A stretch of 18,753 nt of DNA, taken from the NCBI GenBank assembly GCA_002104945.1, contig MCFH01000192.1, positions 1 to 18,753 on the forward strand, given 5' to 3'. Under the pieces are notes generated by a model. That model had not been told where the DNA came from, did no database searches, and worked only from the letters and a program-made list of their open reading frames with translations. Made by a program: the position numbers and the translations under genes. Shown here in pieces: positions 11,252-18,753 of this stretch (position 1 is the stretch's first letter; each line of letters starts with the position of its first letter). Source of the DNA: Piromyces finnis finn (taxonomy: Eukaryota; Fungi; Neocallimastigomycota).

Positions 11252-11902
11252 TAGCTGATGATGGTAGTTTAGGTTACTATCCAACTATATCTTTATTTAA
11301 AGGTGGTAGTGTCACCATGAATTTCGGACCCAAACTTTAAATATCCACCAAAAGATTTAGATGAACAAAATATTAAATGGAAAACCAATGAGTGATCGTT
11401 ACTTAGAAATTGAATCTGAAGTATGTATTACTATTAATCTATAGATACAATAAATATAAATAATACTATCCAATATTATATTATTTCCAAATGATTTATA
11501 AATTATATTTATTAATTAGTATATTATTATTATTTCAATAATTTATTTTTTATTCGTATTATCAAAAGGAATGCCTTTGGGATATTATAGATGAAGTGTG
11601 TACCTATTTTGGTGATTTTGGTATTGATGAAGTCAGTGAAGAAGAAACGACAGCAAATCAAATGACTGATATGGATGAAAATGATACTGCTGAAGAATCC
11701 TCCTCAATTCGTTAAAACGCATAGTAGAAAATCAGGAAGAGGTAGAAGTAGAAATCCAAGTCATAATGATAGTTATGAAGAAGGAGATGACAGTGAAACC
11801 AGTACTGTTTCAAGAAAATATCATAGAAAATATAATTCTGATCGTGATAACGAAGAGAGTAGTAGTAGTCATATTAAGAAAAGAAGAACAAATGATAACT
11901 AA
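8143..11902 (+). CDS. ash2: Set1/COMPASS H3K4 methyltransferase complex subunit Ash2 (Bre2/ASH2L homologue): PHD-like finger, winged helix, SPRY domain and Dpy30-binding helix
   Basis: Exons: 8143-8591, 9005-9032, 9147-9275, 9536(or 9539)-9999, 10223-10654, 10859-11060, 11255-11420, 11569-11902; all introns GT-AG. Motifs: YCYCGKNR..LQCMECKNWFHEHC; CPFLDNHWEKLCTNRARTPTWWATV; EHPYNRNGFKY; SPRY segments LSRLDR..TATTDKGFRTVRANFGVKEGNWYFEV, GPVGYDSYGYGYRD, DVIGCYISLP, ISFYKNGVNQGTAFEDI, DDGSLGYYPTISLF and MNFGPNFKYPP; C-terminal ECLWDILDEV. Multiple 1-nt frameshifts must be corrected. Confidence 0.93.
8680..8851 (+). repeat. Long imperfect (AAT)n microsatellite in ash2 intron 1
   Basis: About 170 nt of aat units with occasional att interruptions, inside intron 8592-9004. 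Confidence 0.95.
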
Positions 11903-12988
11903 AAAAAAAAAAAAAAAAAAAAAACACCACTAATAATTAATATAAATTTATTTAATAATTTAATAATAGAAATATTGAAAGTATATAATTTAATAATAAA
12001 AGTTTTTTTTTTTTTTTTTTATTTTTATATATATATTTTAAATAATATATAAAATAATAATAATAACAATAATAATAAAAACGCATAATAATGATAATAA
12101 TATAATATTTTTTATCTTTTTTTTTTTTTTTTTTTTTTCATTATTATTTTTTAATTATAATTATGTTAATATTTAATTTTTTTTTTTTTTTTTTTTTTTT
12201 AACCCTAATTGAAAAAAAAAAAAAAAAAAGGAACAACGACAACAAACAAACAAACAAACCAACAAAAAAAACAAACTACAAATAGTATTATAGAACAAAA
12301 TTTTTAAATTTTTTTTTTTTTTTATTTAGATTAAATAATAATTAATAAATAAATAAAACCATTTATACCTAATAAAAGTTTTATTTCATTTTGAAATAAT
12401 CAAAAAAATTAAAAATATTTTTAGTTTTCTTTTTTTTTTTTTTTTTTATTTTATATTTCTTATTTTCTTACTCATTGATTTATTTTTACTTCGCAGGAGT
12501 TAAATTCTTTATTCTATTTACTTTACATTTCACTTTTATAAAATAATTCTTTTAAAAAATATTAAATAAAAAATTAAAAATGGAAATAGAGTATTCTATT
12601 CCAAAATTTAATAATTCATCTATTTTTTTATCTTCAAACTTAATATTAAAAAATTAAAAGCTACCTGAACTATCATGGAATCATGGAATCTTTACCTTAA
12701 ATAAATTACATGTATATAGATAAATAAATAAATAATAATATAAAAAACAACTTGGAATATATATAATTTATTTTTTATTTTTTACTTTTTCTTTTTTCTT
12801 TTTTTTTTTTATTAATATAATAAATAATTTATATTAAAATACTTTTTTATTTTATTATTGTTTTTTTTTTTTTTTTTTTTTTTTATCTATTTATTTTTTA
12901 TTTTTTTTTATTTCTAATGATATATTTTATACTATGTTTTATCATATTAAAATTTAATTTTTATGGTAGAGAATTGTTATTATTATTT

Positions 12989-15900
12989 CTAATTAGATAT
13001 AATTTGATTTTTAGCGAAATTAATAAAGATTTGTTCGAGGGAAGTTTTGATTGAAACTATAATCGTTAACTAATCCCTTCTTTTTATATTCTTCCATTCT
13101 TTCAAATACCAAACCTAATTTTTTGGTCATTTTAACTTCGTATTTTCCACGGTTATTTGAAATTCTTTCCATCTTATATTCATGAGAATTAAATAAATTG
13201 CCATTTTTCAACAACTTCGGAATGGAATTGGTCCACATCGTTACATTGTAATTCTAAAATATAACCTTTGCCATACTTCATCTTTAGATGTTCTGGACTA
13301 CCAATACAAATTAAACGTCCATTAACTAAAATAGCTAAACGATCACAAAGTTGTTCGGCTTCTTCCATAGAATGGGTCGTCATAATTAAGGCAGAATCAT
13401 TTCTTCTTTTGGTACTCTTAATAATTTCCCAAATTAAACGACGAGTGGATGGATCCATACCAGCTGTAGGTTCGTCCAGTAAAATACGTTCTGGATAACC
13501 ACAAATAGCAATTAAAATAGAAAGTTTACGCTTAGTACCACCACTTAAATCATCCACACGCTTATTTTGATGTTCTTCTAAACCAGCGGCATTAATGTAT
13601 TGGAGTAGCATATACCTTAGCATCGTCACTATCATAACCACGAATACTAAGGAAGAATTCAATATGTTCACGAAGTGTTAATTCCTTCCAAAGAATATCG
13701 TGTTGAGGACAGTAACCCCATAGAAACGTCACCCAACTTTGCTTGGTGAGTTTCAACGCCATTATAACAAACACTACCTATAGTTTGAGGAATAGTTAGA
13801 GGAAACAATATTTTAAAGTGGTTGATTACCAGCACCATTAGGACCTAAAAGACCGAAACATTCATGAAGTCTAACACCAAAATTAACATCAACTACAGCG
13901 GTTTTAACAAGTTGATTATATTTAACAATAGATTTATGAATATCACCGTAGGTATAGTCATTGGCATCCCTATCTCTGATTTCCTTTATTTCGCTTGGAT
14001 CAGTAATTTTTCCTTTTGAAACGTTAAATTCTTTACAGAGATGAAGCGTACTAATTGGTAATTCATTTTGATGCTCTTTAACATACTCATATTCTCTTTT
14101 AACATCATCATCTCCATTTTCTAATTCCTTTTCATAAATTTCAGAAGTTTTTGGTGGTAATTCACTAATATCACTTTTATTGGTTTGATTCTTCATACGA
14201 TCTAAGAGTATTAAAATGAAATAGTATACAAATAAAAGAACGATCAATAATGCTATAAGTGGACTAATTATATTATGGTAATTCATAATGGTTTTCATTG
14301 ATAATCAGAGGAGTTAAAGGAAGAGAATAACTTTAGGGTAAAGAGAGCATTCAATAAAACAACAATACCAAAGGATGGACAGAGTGCTGTAAAACATAAA
14401 CAGAAAATAATTGCTGTATTACTGTATAAAGCATCAAGGTTAGAACTACTTGTGTTGCATTAAGGATAACTAAACCGAAAAATCCAAAAATGATTGGATA
14501 AGTATTGATAGCACTAATACCGGTGAATGCTGTCTCTTCTTTTTTAAACATAAAACTGATAATATATTGATAGAGCATACATGGAATACTCCATATAATT
14601 ATAAAGCAAAGAACAAGTAAAACAATGCTTACGTCTAATAAAGGTTCAAAGCGAATAACAACACCACTAAGAATAATTAAAGTACAAGTACATAAGAAAA
14701 GGAGATCATCCGTAATAAGATTTGAAATCCAGTAGTTAAAACGTGAAACACCATTTAATTGAAGTTGGAGAAGTAATTGGTTAATTCTTTCACGTGAAAT
14801 TAATGGACCAAACTTGTTTAAAACTGAAACAACACCAATACCTATTATAAATCCTATAAATGTTAAACCGACCATAGCAACATTGTCTTGTTTTTCATCG
14901 AATGGTTGATTATTAACAATAATACGATCGCTAATATTTTTTGAGGCTTAGGAAGGCATTACTAACAGTATTAAGAGAAGCAGGTAAACTATGAGGCATG
15001 GTACTATTATAATAAATTTCTACATTTAACTTATTCTCAGATTCTACCATTTCACCTCCGAGAAGAAGAAAGATAATAGGCATCTTCAAATCTAGGATAT
15101 TGTATTTGTTCAATTAAAACATTGGATACACCAGATATATCATTACCGACACCGGAAAGAATGTTTTCGGTTGTGATTGAAGAGTTGAATTTAAAGAATA
15201 ATTTATTTTAGTTTCAGGATACATACTAGGAACAGTAATGGCTTTAGATTCATACGTTATAATTCTTTCCTTGAACATCAATTGATTAATACCAAAGAAA
15301 ACTAAAGCAATTAGGAGGATTGGAAGGATGAAAGCATTAAAAGCAAACATCTTATCCTTTAAGAAAATTTTTAATCTATACTTTACAAGGGGTAGAGAAT
15401 AAGTTTAGAATTACTTGGTTTTGGTACAGATTTCAGTTCGGGTAAACTATTATCATTAGTTTGAATTAAGTATTGATATTCATTATCAATATTATTATTG
15501 CTTTTTTTCTTTTTCACTATTATTTATTTGGTCATCTTCTAAACGAATGAAAAGTTCTTCTAAGGTTGGTAAAGAAAGAGCATACTTTCTAATTAAGCTA
15601 CCCGATAAGTTATCTAATTCATTTAAAAGTGGAGCAAAATGATCTGATGAATTCAATGGTAATCTCCAAGTGTAGAATTTATTATCATGGGATTCAAATT
15701 CGTTGGCTTCCTTATTTTCAACATAAATGGCTTCTGGAAGGTAATTCATAATAATTTTATTTACCTTTTCTTTTTCATTAGTTTCAACATCTAAATTATA
15801 CTTCATATTGAAATGGTTTTTAAGATAAAGACTGGTACCAAGACAACGGATTTTACCTTTATTGAGAATTAATTTACGATCGGCTAAAACATCAGCTTCA

Positions 15901-18233
15901 TCCATATAATGAGTAGTAAGGAAAATAACTCTTCCTTCTTTCTTTTTTAATAGTAATTCCCCAAATCTTACGACGAGAGAGTGGGTCTAATCCAGTTGTT
16001 GGTTCATCCAAAAAGATGTATTTTGGATTACCAATAATAGCCATACCAATACAAAGTTTACGCTTTTGACCACCACTTAACTTTGAAGATTTTAATTTCT
16101 TTTGTGGGAGAAGATCAAGTCCTTTAATACTTCATCAACATCAACCCTTAACATTCTTTAAATTAGCATAAAAGTTAATATGATCTTCAACCGTAAGTCC
16201 ATCATAAATAATATTTGTTTGAGCACAAACACCGAAATCTTTACGAATTGCATTAACATTTTTAGATATACTAGAACCATCAAAGTAAACATCACCATAA
16301 GTTGCTTTGATAAGACCTACCATAATATTAATAAGAGTTGTTTTACCAGCACCATTATGACCTATTCAAGTAACAATATATATATAAAAATTTAATAATT
16401 TAATATATTAATATAATTTATTCCTAAGCTTATTAGTTTATTAGGATTACCTAAAAGGGCAAAGATTTCATTTTGATAAACCTTAAAACTTATATCATTT
16501 ACTGCTAAAAATTCTGAATTCTTTCCCTTTGATTGATTTTTATTATTATTATTATTATTATCATTCTTTGAGTTATTCTTATCTCTTTTAAATAATTTAT
16601 GAACACGACTAACTTCAACCATACATTTTTCATTGTTTATTGAATTGAAATCTTCTTGAATATCCTTTTGATAAGTGACTTCATTTTCGGAATGAAGATC
16701 TTTTACCTTTCTTTTTGGAGTAAATAAGTATCTATTGTTTTCATTGGAAATTAAATTATCAAGAATAATAGCCAATAAAAAGTAGGTAACAACATTAAAT
16801 AGAGTAATTAATAAATAAAAACCAACATCTGTCTTAAAAATAGTTACAAAACCTAATGATTTGTAGGTATATTTAAGTTTAATAGCACTGTTAAAGAATA
16901 ATCCAAGAGACACTGTTGAAAAAATAAATGATAGTATTCTTGAAATATTTGAATTAAACAAAATTAAAATTTGATTCATATAACAAAGAATGATATAGAA
17001 AAAGATAATAACAACACCGGCAGTTTTAGACTTTTTGAAAAATGTACTAAAAATAAAACCAATACAGCAAGCACTTAATGAGAAAAGGAAAATTACGAGG
17101 AAGATAAAAATGAAATTAACATTTGGTATTAAATTATTGAAAACAATAATTATGGTGAAAACAACGGAGATGATGAATGTAATAAATCCCTCAAGAATAA
17201 ACCATGATAGCCAGAAAACTGTGGGGTGAACACCTGCGATTAATAAACCATCTCTTAATTTATCTTCTTTTTCTTTAACAATATTAAGGGTAATAGTATA
17301 GACGACCGCCAAGAAAGAAAATGTAATATAGTAGCCAATACTTGCGGAAATATCCATATCACTTTCACTTAAATTTGATTCCAATTGACCTAATTCACCA
17401 ATTGAATAATTCAATGAAAAATTATTATCTTTTGTTTTCATTCTAATAAGTGCTTGATCTACCGATGATTGAATTGGGGAAAAGATATTTATATATTGAC
17501 TAGACAATTCTTCCGATGACGTTAAAGAAAATATACTTCCAACATTTGTAATGGGTTCTGTTTCTGGATTTTCTACATCCTTAATATTAAGACGAATTGT
17601 GTATTTTGAAAGATCATTACTTTCAAAAACGATACCAGCAAGTAATTTATCATAACTACTCTCATCTTTATCCTTATCAGTTTTATATTTTACCATTTCT
17701 TCTTGATTCTTAAATTGCATTGGTTTTATATAAGATGTAGAATTAAAAAAATCATTATTTATAGTTCCTACAATTTCTGGAATAATACTACCATCATTTT
17801 CTTCTGGTAATACAAATCCAACTACTGAATACTGATAATCATAAGATTTACTAAATAAACTATATAGAGGTGAAAGAATGGTTGGTTCATGGCTATTTAT
17901 AACAGTACTTTCATTTTTTCCACTATTCTGTTTCAATATGAAACTTATTAAAAACTAATGTACCAATAATTTTTAATGAAATAATAATAGTAATAAAAGT
18001 GAATATGAATATTTTTTTTTTATATTATATATAAATATAAGCAATTTGATATTTTAAAAAAAAAAAAAAAAAAAAAAACTATATTACTTACAAATACATA
18101 AAATTGAATAAATTGGGAAAAAGATTTCAAGAACGATAGTGGCTTTCGAAGCCTTTTTTAAAAGAATATTTCTTTTAACTAAGGCTTTTAATTGATTAAG
18201 GTAGTAACCCTTTAATAAGATTTCAAAATTCAT
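12989..18233 (-). CDS. Full-size ABC transporter, subfamily A (TMD1-NBD1-TMD2-NBD2), about 1,670 aa
   Basis: Exon 1 (18233-18092) encodes [33 protein letters not shown], the ABCA N-terminal signature, and is missed by the ORF track. Introns: 18091-17955 and 16450-16362 (splits FALLG|HNGAGKTT). TMD1 has [29 protein letters not shown]1 has [12 protein letters not shown] and [11 protein letters not shown], followed by [11 protein letters not shown]2 has [43 protein letters not shown] and [17 protein letters not shown]. The end reads [19 protein letters not shown] after frame correction (stop 12989-12991). The ORF-track fragments are pieces of this one gene split by frameshifts. Confidence 0.95.
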
Positions 18234-18753
18234 TATAAAGTTTTTTTTTTAAAAATTCAATATAATATATATATTGTAGTATTTGAGTTGGTTAAATAGG
18301 AATAATATAAGGAAATATTCATATTAATTATTTGCTCTTATATTTATTTAAAGTAATGAACAATATACTAAAAATAATAATAATATATTTACCATGTTTA
18401 TTATTGATAATTTTTTTTTTTCTTTTCTTTGTTGTTTTTTTTATTTCTAATACTTTTTATTATTGATTAAAAAAATTTGTTTGTTTATTTTTACTTTTGT
18501 TAGTTTGTTTGTTAGTTTGTTTATTGCTTTCTATATCAATTCGTACATAAATCACACTAACAATTCCTTTTTTTTTTATTATTTAATAAAAAAAAAAAAA
18601 TTTTTCTTTTTTGATTTTATTTTTATACTTTTTTATTTTTTATTAAATTTAATATTTTATTTAAAATTATATTTTTAAAATTTTAATTATTTCAAAAACA
18701 TTTTAAAAGATTAATTCAATTGGTTTTTTTTTTTTTTTTAATTTTTTTTTTTT

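Noticed and set aside
11900-11924. A-run directly after the ash2 stop as a retrocopy poly(A) tail
   Set aside because: The gene retains seven introns, and long A-runs are ubiquitous in this window.
13780-13829. Apparent GT..AG intron inside the NBD2 Walker A
   Set aside because: The intervening bases encode the expected GKSTTL.I...T.G continuation once 1-nt indels are corrected; removing them would delete the Walker A lysine.
8333-17229. Antisense ORFs 8333..8515, 13268..13498, 16180..16395 and 17035..17229
   Set aside because: They are short shadow frames of real coding exons with no recognisable motifs.
13020-17936. Cluster of separate ABC genes (operon-like or half transporters)
   Set aside because: The fragments are colinear domains of one ABCA protein joined by single-base frameshifts.
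13000-17936. GC shift within the ABCA gene suggesting a chimeric origin
   Set aside because: Spot counts show higher GC in both NBDs and lower GC in both TMDs, which amino-acid composition explains.
18463-18678. 71-aa Phe/Ile-rich ORF as a membrane peptide
   Set aside because: It has a TTG start and is a translation of T-rich low-complexity upstream DNA with no coding-like composition.

Overview
Extremely AT-rich, intron-containing eukaryotic DNA. The gene content, codon use, (AAT)n tracts and intron density suggest an anaerobic gut fungus (Neocallimastigomycota); this is inference. There are three genes. (1) A DPP-IV/Dap2-type S9B dipeptidyl peptidase on the minus strand (ATG 5777, 15 exons) stops at 2232, just before its catalytic domain. 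(2) A Set1/COMPASS subunit Ash2 on the plus strand (8143-11902, 8 exons). (3) A full-size ABCA transporter on the minus strand (18233-12989, only 2 clear introns). The dominant structural oddity is a giant fold-back palindrome: 1-2226 is the reverse complement of 2328-4573. The 101-nt spacer is the last real exon of the minus-strand peptidase, and the junction sits on a Tn/An homopolymer microhomology. In every stretch I compared by eye, the arms differ only by small indels, and each arm repairs the other's frameshifts. All three genes carry many 1-nt frameshifts, mostly in homopolymers. The most economical reading is a noisy long-read or amplification fold-back artefact at a poorly polished contig end, but a real inverted-duplication hairpin locus cannot be excluded from sequence alone. 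No mobile element, CRISPR array or RNA gene could be supported.
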